A stretch of 64,000 bases of DNA from Squalus acanthias (Eukaryota), in the NCBI GenBank assembly GCA_030390025.1, contig JASTWF010000342.1:186001-250000 (forward strand). Reading direction: 5' to 3'. Position numbers and translations under genes: made by a program. The notes below the pieces were generated by a model. It saw only the letters and a list, made by a program, of their open reading frames with translations, ran no database searches and was not told the origin of the DNA. Of the stretch, positions 39,708-51,624 are shown piece by piece (within the stretch, counting starts at the first letter, position 1; each line of letters opens with the position of its first letter).

Positions 39708-40556
39708 GGGCGCGATTTTGCCAGCCCTGGGGAGACGGGTATGGAGGCGGGACTGCCAGGGAAAATGGCAGAATCTGGGGGGCGGGGGTGCCCATACCGC
39801 CCCCAACCCGCCTCCGTGCCATTATGCCAGGAGGCGGGTAGCCGACCCGTGCCGGGTCCCGTCTCCTTGAAGGTGGGAAGGGGTTTAGTGCAACTTATCT
39901 GCCTGTTAACAGCTAGTTAACAGGCAGATAAGAGAATGATCCCATTTTACCCACACAAGTGCGGGCTTCCCGAAGGCTGTGAACCCCGCCAGGGTCACCG
40001 AGGTGAGTAGTGGGTCTGCGGGGGTCGGAGGGGTGCAAAAGTGTGCTGTGAAGGTAAGTGATGGGTGCAAGTGTGGAGAGGTAAGTATGTGAGGTGATTG
40101 GAAAGTGTTAGTAAAAGTTTACTTACCTTTGTTTCTTCCTGCAGGCTTCAATCGTTGGGTATGCGGAGAGTCTCGCACCTCCGCGGCAGAGATGACAGAT
40201 GGCTGTTGCATTCTCCAATGCAGCAACCATCTAATTTCTGCAAAAGAAAGATGTTTGATGAGTCTTGAATTCAAGAACTCATCAAACTACAGAGAATGTC
40301 AGTGTTTGACAGCTTCACAGAGCTGTCAAACGATGACAATTCATCTGTCAAAAATTGTTGACAGATGAAACGTCATACGCTGACGTTCTCTGTAACCGGC
40401 TTTCCCTTAATTGGCCTGCCATGCCCGCTGGGCAGGGCTTAACAAGGTCAATCAAGGGAAAATAGCGTGGGTTGGCAGAAGTTGATGGAGGCGGGACTGA
40501 AACCCTACAAGTGGGAATCTCGCCTCCAAAAGCTCCCCATTGGCAAAATCCAGCCC
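39708..40556. mobile_element. Harbinger-type MITE
   Basis: TIR GGGCGCGATTTTGCCA and TGGCAAAATCCAGCCC (14/16 match). Confidence 0.75.
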
Positions 40557-41218
40557 ATGGTGTTCATATTCAAAAAAGGTGACGAATGAGACACAGGCAA
40601 CTAAAGACCAATTAATCTTATTACAATTCCATATAAAATAATGGAATCAATTATCAGCACTAAACTTAGAATTATATGTGCATTAACAATTAGTAAACAA
40701 CAGTTAACACAGCTTGAGATGGTAAAAATCCTGCCAAATCAGCCTACTTTATTTCTTTGAGGAAGTGACAACCCAAGTCAACTGTGGGAAACCCTACAAC
40801 TTGCTACCACTTTTGCTGACTTTTTTTCAAGAGGCCGGTGTCGGGAGCAACAGGAGAGAACAGTGAGTATTTAAACTCACTTTCGCAAGCTTTTTTTACA
40901 GAGGCTGACCAATCTCACAGACCGGCGGCGGCGTTCCAGAACCATGTCACGATTCAAAAAGTGACGCGGGCAAGAGGAAGCAGCTGATTGGGTGAGTACG
41001 GCCAGGTGAGTATTTATACTACTCTATAGCTTGACAGTTAAGGTTAATAGTGTATAAAGTTTAGAAGGTCTTAATTTTTGTGGTTATAGTTTCTAAGGTC
41101 TCTGTTGTGTAGCGGGGAGTGCTAGTAAACAAGGGCCCTTGACTATATCATTTAATTGTAGTGTAATTAGTGGTATTGATTTGATTTAATTTAATTTAAA
41201 TTAATTAAAGAGTAAGTC

Positions 41219-42170
41219 ATGGCAGCACAGCTCGGCCCCGTGGCATGCTCCTCCTGCACTATGTGGGAAATCAGGGACACTTTCTGTGTCCCTGATGACC
41301 ATGTGTGCGGGAAGTGTATCCAGCTGCAGCTACTGGCAGACCGCATTGTGGCGCTGGAGCTGCGAATGGATACATACTGGAGCATTCACGATGCTGATGA
41401 CATCATGGATAGCACATTTAATGAGTTAGTCACACCGCAGGTAAAGGCTGCACAGGCAGAAAGGGAATGGGTGACCGCCAGGCAGTGTAGTAGGCACAGG
41501 CAGGTAGTGCAGGGGTCCCGTGGCCATCCCCCTCTCAAACAGATATACCACTTTGGATATTGTTGAGGGAGATGGCTTATCGGGGGAAGGCAGCAGCAGC
41601 CAACTTCCTGGCACCATGGGTGGTTCTGCTGCACAGGACGAGAGGAAAAATAACGGGAGAGCTATAGTGATAGGGGATTCTATTGTAAGGGGAATAGATA
41701 GGCGTTTCCGCAGCTGCAAACGAGACTCCAGGATGGTATGTTGCCTCCCTGGTGCAAGGTTCAAGGATGTCTCGGGGCGGCTGCAGGGCATTCTGGAGGG
41801 GGAGGGTGAACAGCCAGTTGTTGTGGTGCATATAGGTACCAACGATATAGGTAAAAAATGGGATGAGGTCCTAAAAGCTGAATATAGGGAGTTAGGAGGT
41901 AAATTAAAAAATAGGACCTCAAAAGGTAGTAATCTCAGGATTGCTACCAGTGCAACGTGCTGGTCAGAGTAGAAATAGAAGGATATTTCAGATGAATACG
42001 TGGCTAGAGGAATTGTGCAAGGGGGAGGGATTCAAATTCCTGGGACATCGGAACCGTTTCTGGGGGAGGTGGGACAAGTACAAACTGGACGGTTTGCACC
42101 TGGGCAAGACCGGGACCGATGTCCTAAGGGAGTGTTTGCTAGTGCTGTTGGGGAGGGTTTAAACTTAAAT
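41219..42170 (+). pseudogene. CR1 ORF1 (zinc finger/leucine zipper + SGNH esterase), frameshifted
   Basis: CSSC..CGKC..LQLLADRIVALEL; IGDSIVRG; HIGTND; DGLH. Confidence 0.9.
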
Positions 42171-42349
42171 GGCAGGGGGTTGAGAACCTGTGCACGGAGA
42201 CAGAGGAAAGGAAAGCAAGGATAGTAACAAAAGACAGGAAGGAGAAAAGCAAAAGTGGAAGGCAGAGAAATCAAGGGTGTAAATCAAACAGGGCTACAGT
42301 AAATAATAATTCTAAAAGGACTAAGAGTGTTAAAAAAACAAGCCTGAAG

Positions 42350-45150
42350 GCTTTGTGTCTTAATGCAAGGAGCATTCATAATAAGGTGGATGAATTAGCT
42401 GCGCAAATAGATCTAAACGGATATGATATAATTGGGATTACAGAGACATGGCTCCAGGGTGACCAAGGCTGGGAATTCAACATCCAGGGGTATTCAATAT
42501 TCAGAAAGGACAGGCAAAAAGGAAAAGGAGCTGGGGTAGCATTGCTGGTTAAAGAGGAGATTAACACAATAGTAAGGAAGGATATTAGCTCTGATGATGT
42601 GGAATCTGTATGGGTAGAGCTGAGAAATACCAAGGGGCAGAAAACGTTAGTGGGAGTTGTATACAGACCCCCAAACAGTAATGCTGAGGTTGGAGATGGC
42701 ATTAAACGGGAATTAGAGATGCGTGCAATAAGGGCACAGCAGTTATCATGGGTGACTTTAATCTACATATAGATTGGGCTAACCAAATTAGTAACAATAC
42801 TGTGGAGGAGGAAATCCTAGAGTGTATACGGGATGGTTTCCTGGACCAATATGTTGAGGAACCAACTAGAGATCAGGCCATCTTAGACTGGGTATTATGT
42901 AATGAGAAAGGATTAATTAGCAATCTTGTTGTGCAAGGCCCCTTGGGGAGGAGCGATCATAATATGATAGAATTCTTCATTAAGATGGAGCGTGAAGTAT
43001 TTGACTCCGAGACTAGGGTCCTGAATTTAAATAAAGGAAACTACGATGGTATGAGGCACGAGTTGGCTAGGATGGATTGGGGAACATTACTTAAAGGGTT
43101 GACGGTGGATAGGCAATGGCAAACATTTAAAGATCGCATGGATGAACTACAGAATTTGTTCATCCCTGTTTGGCATAAAAATAAAACAAAAACGGTGACT
43201 CAACCATGGCTAACAAGGCAAATTAGGGATAGCATAAGATCCAAGGAGAGGACATGTAAATTGGCCAGAAAAAGCAGCAAACCTGAGGATTGGGAGCAGT
43301 TTAGGATTCAGCAAAGGAGGACAAATAGATTAATTAAGAGGGGGAAAATAGAATATGAGAGTAAGCTTGCAGGGAACATAAAAACTGAATGTAAAAGCTT
43401 CTATAGATATGTGAAGAGAAAAAGATTGGTGAAGTCAAGCGTCGGTCCCTTGCAGTCAGAATCAGGGGAATTTATAATGGGGAACAAAGAAATGGCAGGC
43501 CAATTAAATACATACTTTGGTTCTGTCTTCATAAAGGAGGACACAAATAACCTCCCAGAGATGTCGGGGAACATAGGGTCTAATGAGAGCGAGGAATTGA
43601 ATGAAATCAGTATTTGTAGGGAAATGGTGTTCAGGAAAATGACGGGATTGAAGGCCGATAAATCCCCAGGGCCTGATAATCTACATCCTGGGGTACTTAA
43701 GGAAGTGGCCCGAGAAATAGTAGATGCATTGCTGGTCATCTTCCAAAATTCTATAGACTCTGGCAGAGTTCCCATGGATTGCAGGGTAGATAATGTAACC
43801 CCACTATTTAAAAAAGGTGGTTAAAGAAAACGGGGCATTATAAACTGGCAAGCCTGACATCGATAGTGGGGAAAATGCTAGAGTCCATTATAAAAGATGT
43901 AATAGCAGAGCACTTGGAAAACAGTGACAGGATCGGACAAAGTCAACATGGCTTTACAAAAGGTAAATCATGCTTGACTAATCTACTGGAATTTTTTGAG
44001 GATGTAACTGATAGAATAGATAAGGGAGAACCAGTGCATGTGGTGTATTTGGACTTTCAGAAGGCTTTCGATAAGGTCCCACATAAGAGATTAGCATGCA
44101 AAGTTAAAGCACATGGGATTGGGGGTAGGGTACTGACTTGGACAGAGAACTGGTTGGCAGACAGGAAGCAAAGAGTTGGAATAAATGTTTTTGTTTCTGA
44201 GTGGAAGGCAGTGACTAGTGGGGTACCACAGGGATCGGTGCTAGGACCCCAGCTATTCACAATATATATTAATGATCTAGACGAGGGAACTAGATGTACT
44301 ATCTCCAAGTTTGCAGCTGACACAAAGCTGGGTGGGCATGTGTGCTGTGAGGAGGATGCAGAGAAACTCCTGGTATGATTTGGACAGGTTGGGAGATTGG
44401 GCAGATGCATGGCAGATGCAGTATAATGTGGATAAATGTGAGGTTATCCACTTTGGTGGCAAAAACAGGAAGATAGATTATTATCTGAACGGTAATAGAT
44501 TGGGAAAAGGGGAAGTGCAACGAGACCTGGGTGTCCTTGTGCAGCAGTCGCTGAAGGTAAACATGCAGGTGCAGCAGGCGGTTAAGAAGACAAATGGTAT
44601 GTTGGCCTTCATAGCGAGAGGATTCGAATACAGGAGCAAGGATGTCTTGCTGCAGTTGTACAGGGCCTTGGTGAGACCACACCTTGAGTATTGTGTGCAG
44701 TTTTGTTCGCCTTATCTGAGGAAGGATGTTCTTGCCATGGAGGGAGTGCAGTAAAGATTCACCAGACTGATACCTGGGATGGCAGGAATGATGTATGAAG
44801 AGAGATTGCGTCGATTAGGCTTATATTCACTAGAGTTCAGAAGAATGAGAGGTGATCTCATTGAAACATATAAAATTCTAACAGGACTAGACAGACTAGA
44901 TGCAGGAAGGATGTTTTCGATGGCGTGGGAGTCCAGAACCAGGGGTCACAGTCTAAGGATAAGGGGTAAGCCATTTAGGACTGAGATGAGGAGGAATTTC
45001 TTCACCCAGAGAGTGGTGAACCTGTGGAATTCTCTACTACAGAAGGCAGCTGAGGCCAATTCATTAAATATATTCAAGAAGGAGTTAGATATATTTCTTA
45101 AGGCTAAAGGGATCAAGTGATATGGGGAGAAAACAAGGACAGTGTACTGA
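42350..45150 (+). pseudogene. CR1 ORF2 (APE + RT), frameshifted
   Basis: Successive ORFs at 42353, 42748, 43866, 44311 and 44779 carry canonical CR1 APE/RT motifs. The RT catalytic motif reads FAAD. Confidence 0.95.
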
Positions 45151-45245
45151 ATTTGGATGATGTGGAGATGTCGGTGTTGGACTGGGGTGGACAAATGTGA
45201 GAAGTTGCACAACACCAGGTTATAGTCCAACAGTTTTATTTGAAA

Positions 45246-45282
45246 TCACAAGCTTTCGGAGCGCTGCTCCTTCGTCAGGTGA
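45246..45282 (-). ncRNA. Minimal hammerhead ribozyme in PLE pLTR (left arm)
   Basis: Exact reverse complement of 46554-46590. Confidence 0.75.
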
Positions 45283-45614
45283 AGTGAAGAGATGTATATA
45301 GGCACAGCATATGTAGTCAGAGAACACTGCCAGATGATTACAGTTAATCTTTCTCACTGCCCTTTATCACACCTCGGCAGAGAGATAATCACGGCAATCA
45401 AAGGTATGGATGGTGTCCAAACAGGTCAGTCAGGAAAACATTACATCAAAGACAATGAGGTGGGGTCACAAGGGGTCAAATGTGGCTGATGCTGGGGTCT
45501 GTATGGAAAACAAAAAACTTTTTTTGCTGGAAATCACAGCAGGTCCGGCCGCATCTGTGTAGAGAGAACAAGCCAACGACGACTCGAGTCTGGATGACTC
45601 TACGTCAGGTGGGT

Positions 45615-46065
45615 TTACATGTAGCGTGACATGAACCCAAGATCCCAGTTGAGGCCGTCCTCATGGGTGCGGAACTTGGCTATCAGTTTCTGCTCGACGA
45701 TTTTGCGTTGTCGTATGTCTCGAAGGCCGCCTTGGAGAACGCTTACCCGAAGATCGGAGGCTGAATGTCCTTGACTGCTGAAGTGTTCCCCGACTGGGAG
45801 GGAACACTCCTGCCTGGCGATTGTTGCGTGGTGTCCGTTCATACGTTGTCACAGTGTCTGCATGGTCTCGCCGATGTACCATGCTCCGGTGCATCCTTTC
45901 CTGCCACGTATGAGGTAGACAACGTTGGCCGAGTCACATGAGTATGTAGCATGTACCTGGTGGGTGGTGTCCTCTTGTGTGATGATAGTATCTGTGTTGA
46001 TGATCTGGCATGTCTTGCAGAGGTTGCCGTGGCAAGGTTGTTTGGTGTTGTGGTCGCTGTTCTCC
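45615..46065 (-). pseudogene. PLE GIY-YIG endonuclease (C-terminal part of ORF), with in-frame stop
   Basis: CHGNLCKTC..SCDSANVVYLI..WYIGETMQTL*QRMNGH..PVGEHF..EQKLIAKFRTHEDGLN. Confidence 0.9.
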
Positions 46066-46553
46066 ACTACTCGCTGTTCTCCACTACTTGCCTTCAAACA
46101 GCCGCCTAACCTCAAACAGACCATCGTTCGCAGCAAATTACCCAGCTTTCAGGAGAACATCGACCACGACAACACACAACCCTGCCACGGCAACCTCTGC
46201 AAGACATGCCAGATCATCAACTCCACCTGACGTAGAGTCATCCAGACTCGAGTCGTCGTTGGCTTGTTCTCTCTACACAGATGCGGCCGGACCTGCTGTG
46301 ATTTCCAGCAAAAAAAGTTTTTTGTTTTCCATACAGACCCCAGCATCTGCCACATTTGACCCCTTGTGACCCCACCTCATTGTCTTTGATGTAATGTTTT
46401 CCTGACTGACCTGTTTGGACACCATCCACACCTTTGATTGCCTGTGATTATCTCTCTGCCGAGGTGTGATAAAGGGCAGTTGGAAAGATGAACTGTAATC
46501 ATCTGGCAGTGTTCTCTGACTATATATGCTGTGCCTATATACATCTCTTCACT

Positions 46554-46590
46554 TCACCTGACGAAGGAGCAGCGCTCCGAAAGCTTGTGA
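46554..46590 (+). ncRNA. Minimal hammerhead ribozyme in PLE pLTR (right arm)
   Basis: TCAC-CTGACGA-A-GGAGC(AGC)GCTCC-GAAA-GCTT-GTGA: stem I TCAC/GTGA, 5-bp stem II, palindromic stem III AGCT. It is followed by AATAAA. Confidence 0.75.
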
Positions 46591-46736
46591 TTTCAAATAA
46601 AACTGTTGGACTATAACCTGGTGTTGTGCGACTTCTCACATTTGAATTTGGATGATCAGCCATGATCTCATTAATTGGCAGAACAGGCTCGAGGGGCCGA
46701 ATGGCCTGCTCCTGCTCCTATCTTCTATGTTTCTAT

Positions 46737-47285
46737 CCTTTGGTGATATCATCAAAAGACATGGGTTCATGTTTCATATGCACACTGATGACATCCAGCT
46801 CCACGTCTCCACCATCTCTCTCAACCCTTCCCCTGTCTCTGTGTTATCAGATTGCTTGTCCAACGTCCAGTCCTAGATGAGGCACAATTTCCTCCAGTTA
46901 AACATTGGGAAAACAGAAGACGCAAATTCCATATGCTCACCACCAATTCCATTGCCCTCCCAGAGTTTGTACCAGACTGTTTGCAACCTTGGGGTCATCT
47001 TTGATGCACAGCTAAGCTTCCAACCCTATATTCTCTCCATCACAAAGACTGCTTACTTCTACCTCTGTAACATTGCCCATTTCTGCTCCTGCCTAAGCTA
47101 ATCTGCTGCTGAAACCCTGATTCACGCCTTTGGCACGTGGAGAAATTCCAATTCCAATACTCTCCTGGCTGGTCTTCCATCTTCAACCCTCCATAAACTT
47201 CAGTTCATCCACAACTCTGTTGCCCATATCCTATTCCACACCAAGTCCCATTCACTCATTATCTCTGTTCCTGCTAACCTACATT
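46737..47285 (+). mobile_element. L2 LINE RT fragment
   Basis: GDIIKRHGFMFHMHTDDIQL, LSDCLSNVQS*MRHNFLQLNIGKTE, NLGVIFD. Confidence 0.8.
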
Positions 47286-47289
47286 GTAA

Positions 47290-48406
47290 TAGATAATGCT
47301 AAAATTAAAGCTCATGGAATTGAAGGCAAATTGTTGGCCTGGTTAGGAGATTGGTTAGGCAGTGCAAGACAGAGAGTAGGGATAATGGGTATGTACTCAA
47401 ATTGAAAGGAAGTGACTAGTGGCGTCCCACAAGGATTTGTGCTGTGGCCTCAACTATTCACAATATTTATTGATGACTCAGATAACACAATAGAGAGCCA
47501 TATATTCTCGTTTGCCAATGACACAAAAATTGGTGGCATAGTAAGTAGTGTAGTCGGGAACATAAAATTACAAAGAAACATTGATAGATTAAGTGAGTGG
47601 GCAAAACTGTGGCAGATGGATTTCAATACAGGTCAACAGTTTTGGACTGAAAAAGGATATATCTGAGTACTTGTTAGATGGTGAAAACTAGGAACAGTGG
47701 ACGTCCAAAGAGATTTTGGGGCCCACGCGCACAGATTATTAAAATGTAGTGGTCAGATACAAAAAATAATCAAAAAGGCTAATGAAATGTTTGTCTTTAT
47801 ATCTAGAGGGGAGGAAGTTTTGCTACAGCTATACAAAGCCCTGGTTAGACCATACCTGGACTACGGTGTACAGTTCTGGGCACCGCATATTAGAAACTAT
47901 ATATTGACCTTGGAAGGAGTGCAGCGCAGATTCAATAGAATGTTACCAGGGCTCCAAGGGTTAAAATAGGAGGAGAGATTACATAAACTAGGTTGGTATT
48001 CCCTGGAATATAAAAGGTTAAGTGGTGATTTGATTGAAGTTTTTAGGATTTTGAAAGGAATTGATAGGGTAGATTGAGAGAAACTTTTTCCATTGATGTG
48101 GTAGTCTAGGACCAGGGGACATAACCTTAAGATCAGAGCCAGACCATTCAGGAGAGAAGTTAGGAAACACTTCTTCACACAAAAGGTGGTAGAAGTGTGG
48201 AACTCCCTCTCACAAAAAGCAGTAGATACTAGCTCAATTAATAAATTTAAATCTGAGATCAATAGATTTTTGCTAACCAAGGATATTAAGCGATATGGAG
48301 CCAAGGTGGGTGGATGCAGTTAGGATACAGATCAGCCATGATCTCATTGAATGACAGAACAAGCTCAAGGGGATTAATAGCCTACTGCTGTTCCTATGTT
48401 CCTATG
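47290..48406 (+). mobile_element. 5'-truncated CR1
   Basis: KIKAHGIEG, SGVPQG, LYKALVRP and the tail TTCCTATGTTCCTATG. Confidence 0.88.
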
Positions 48407-51122
48407 CATGATAAAACCATTAGTAATATCATTGTTTTCAGTTAGCTGTTGACTGCATGGAGAGGTGCCTATTACTCTTTTAATATTTTCTGCACTTTTA
48501 GGCTCACCAGGGTGAAGGATGATGACAGGGTGAGAGGATGAAGTGCTGTACCACTGAGGAGACTACCACTTAGCATCCAGTAATAGCATCAAATACTTTT
48601 AGGCCATAGCAATGTAGAGCTCTCCACACATTGCCATGACAATGTGCATAAATCTCAGCTTCAGAAGAGTAACCCACTGTTCCCCTACACAGACAATCAT
48701 GCATACAGTGTTCATGTGTAATTCCTCTAACCACACCTTTCTGAGTGAGATTGTGTTAAATTTGACAAGTGTCTGTGCTGTAGACTTAGGCACCTAAAAA
48801 CCCCTATCAAGATTTCTTCATGTCATTTTCCTTGGTAAGGAAGCCATCAACTGACTTTTCTTGGCTAGATTTAAAATTAGTTTTCAGTTTTAAAGGGCAG
48901 TATCCTAACACACATCAATACTCAGTTCTCATGGTGTCTGCTATTTTTAATAGAAACAACCACATCAGGAGCATTTATTTTACAAACAAATTAGGCACCG
49001 AGAACATTTTTGCTGCTTTCGGCTAGTTTCAAATGATCAGCCTCAGTAAATATCTAGCAAATGATTAGAATGTTTCGTTTGGCATTCAGAATTTTTAAAT
49101 GGTCCTCCATGCCCTCAGCACTTACTAAAATAATATGGACTCGATACAACTGCTGCCAGCTTTACACTTTAAAAAGTGCTTTGACTGCTTTGTATATTTT
49201 CTTGACAGTGTTCAGATTAGCAACTGGTCCCTTCTGAAAATATGTAACTTGTTTGAAGTGCTTTGAATTCTGTTATTGTGTATACCTGTAGCCAAGCGTG
49301 CATTCTGATTGTCTCCTGCACATTTACTCATAGTTTACTGAGGACATCTGCTAAACTTGAAGATTCAACAACACTATTGAAGATTTGCTTTAAGGTGCAG
49401 AGCTTATCCAAACTTCAGAAGAAATTGCCACCATCAAATTTTCTTCAATCAAGAGAGTAATTTTCTTCAACAGATGGAACAGCAGCATTGTAGATGTATC
49501 TATGCTATAGCAGAGAATTAGAGACTGGCTAGCTTGTTTGAAGATAATGAGCCTCCTGCAATGATTGTTTGAAGCTCTCCTAGTCCTGATACTCTACAGA
49601 TGATTCTTCCATAATCTGCTACGAATAATCAGAAGATAAGCCACCTTCCACCACTGGCCCTACGACCACAAAAGGAAGCACAGAGGGCACCATTATGGAC
49701 ACTTACCCAAAAGATGAGAAGAAATGCAGGGCTTGCACAGTGCAAACCACAAAATACACACAGTAGACACATTTCCACTCATGCAAAGAACATTGTAATT
49801 TTTATTTTAAATCACTGTCGTTTGTTGCATATATTTCTAATCAGGTGTAAGGCAACAACTTGTTTAATAAAAGAAGAAAGACAGGCTCAGCTAGCCCTAA
49901 TGATTTATAGTATCCAGAAATCTCATTGTAGAACTCTCTATAATGGTTCTTCTGAATCAATGTAGTTATGATGGGTCAGTATATGCCTGTTACCACCAGA
50001 TCGCTGTTAGATGTTTTTCATTTCAGTGGGGGAGGTTCCCTTAACTTAAATGGGAGACAATCCGATTTCCCCACCTTTGGGTTCACCCTGCTTCTCATCT
50101 AAGTGTGATGGACTAAATTTCAGATTGCTCTACTCTTACAGTTGGAGCTGAGTAGCAGGTCTGCAAGCTCTATTGCAATGCAAGCACTGCAATATGGTCC
50201 ACTTTAATTGGATTCACCCCTTCCCCAGTTAATGAACATGGCAGCTGTGCCAGCCCATTTTCTAATATTAGAAACGGGTACTGAACATAAATATATCAAA
50301 TCATACAGCAGTGCTATCTCTGAGTGTTACTCCACCTTTGACTGAATATATGACACACAGAAACTCACCCCTGTGATGTCAAAACAGAGGCCACCGCAGG
50401 TAGCAGGAGGGAAATGACAGTACAAAGAATGCTACTATTTTAACAGTAAAAAGAATCATTTCTAATCATTAACATTATTACAGTTAGTCCCAATCATCAA
50501 TATTTTGTTTTGTTTGTAAATCAATGATCCCATTGAATTAAAGCCAGCAGTCCATGCTAAATCAAAACAAGCAAAACTACAAATACAAGTGTCAATTGAG
50601 CTTTTCTAAAATAAAGAATCTCTTAAAGTAGAAGAAAATAATCTTTAAAATGACATAAATGTAGAAAATGTGCAGGGGAAGGGCGGGGGTGTGGGGATTT
50701 TAATGACCAGTGGGCTTCCGGCAGGAATCTGTTGATTTTAGTTAGATTCACGTAGCAGATGAAGGCTATGGCGAGTTTAACCAACTCGTCTCATTAACAG
50801 GCTAACCGGCTGACTTCCCCTTCCTGATCCTCCTGACCCCACAAAAGAAAGTAAAAGCTCACCTTGAATGACTTCTTGTGCTTTCGATCCAATTCTCACT
50901 TGAGTTCACTTGGCGGGAAAGCTGCAGCAGCTTCCTGCACAGGTTGGAGTTCGAACAGCAGTCAGAGCCCAATGACATCATCGGATGCAGAGCTGCAGAT
51001 TTCAAGAAGGACCCCAAATTCAGGCGGGTGCCTTTATTGCCTGCTCAGAAGAGCAGGTTAAATCAAAACTGGCAGGATCCAGGTAGGCTATCAGCAGGTA
51101 AGTCACATGGTCGATTTTAACT

Positions 51123-51245
51123 GTCTATGTTTCCTATATTACAACAGTGACTACACTTCAAAAGCAATTTGTTGGCTGTAAAGTGCTTTGGGATATCCTG
51201 AGGTCATGAAAGGCGCTACATAAATGCAAATCTTTCTTTTTTTCT
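51123..51245 (+). mobile_element. Deu-type SINE 3' tail
   Basis: Reverse complement of 7075-7190-like sequence. Confidence 0.65.
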
Positions 51246-51624
51246 TTTACCTGTCCAGTTTCCACTGAGCGGGTAGGGTTAAAGTCAACCCACATTATCA
51301 GTTTAGTTTCTTTGTGTGTTTCTCTCTTTTATTATCTTGAGTTCCTTGTTTCTATTAATCTTGCATTGCCTCATTGAAGCAAACAGCCAAGAGATGCTAA
51401 AGCCACTCAACAGCAACCAATCTAATCATTCTATATTAATTTAAAGATTAAATGCTCTTCTATAAGAGGTTCTTACTTTTGGAAGTAATGTGATTTGGAT
51501 TCTGGTTTAGAATTTCTTTTTGTTTTAAGGTCTATAAATACTGCTCGGTAAGAGCAGATGGGGAGGTTGATTTATATATGAATCAAAACATCAACAATGG
51601 GGCCTATACAATTTAAAATATCAT

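Larger units (their letters stand above)
45162..46642. mobile_element. Penelope-like element, 5'-truncated, fold-back form with inverted pseudo-LTRs
   Basis: 14-bp TSD TGAATTTGGATGAT (45148-61 and 46643-56). Inverted arms of about 420 bp (45192-45612 and 46223-46643) enclose a GIY-YIG coding remnant. Confidence 0.92.
40820..46736 (+). mobile_element. Full-length CR1 LINE, copy 2, with a Penelope-like insertion in its 3' UTR
   Basis: Same family as 1754-5853. The tail TTCTATGTTTCTAT ends at 46736. Confidence 0.95.
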
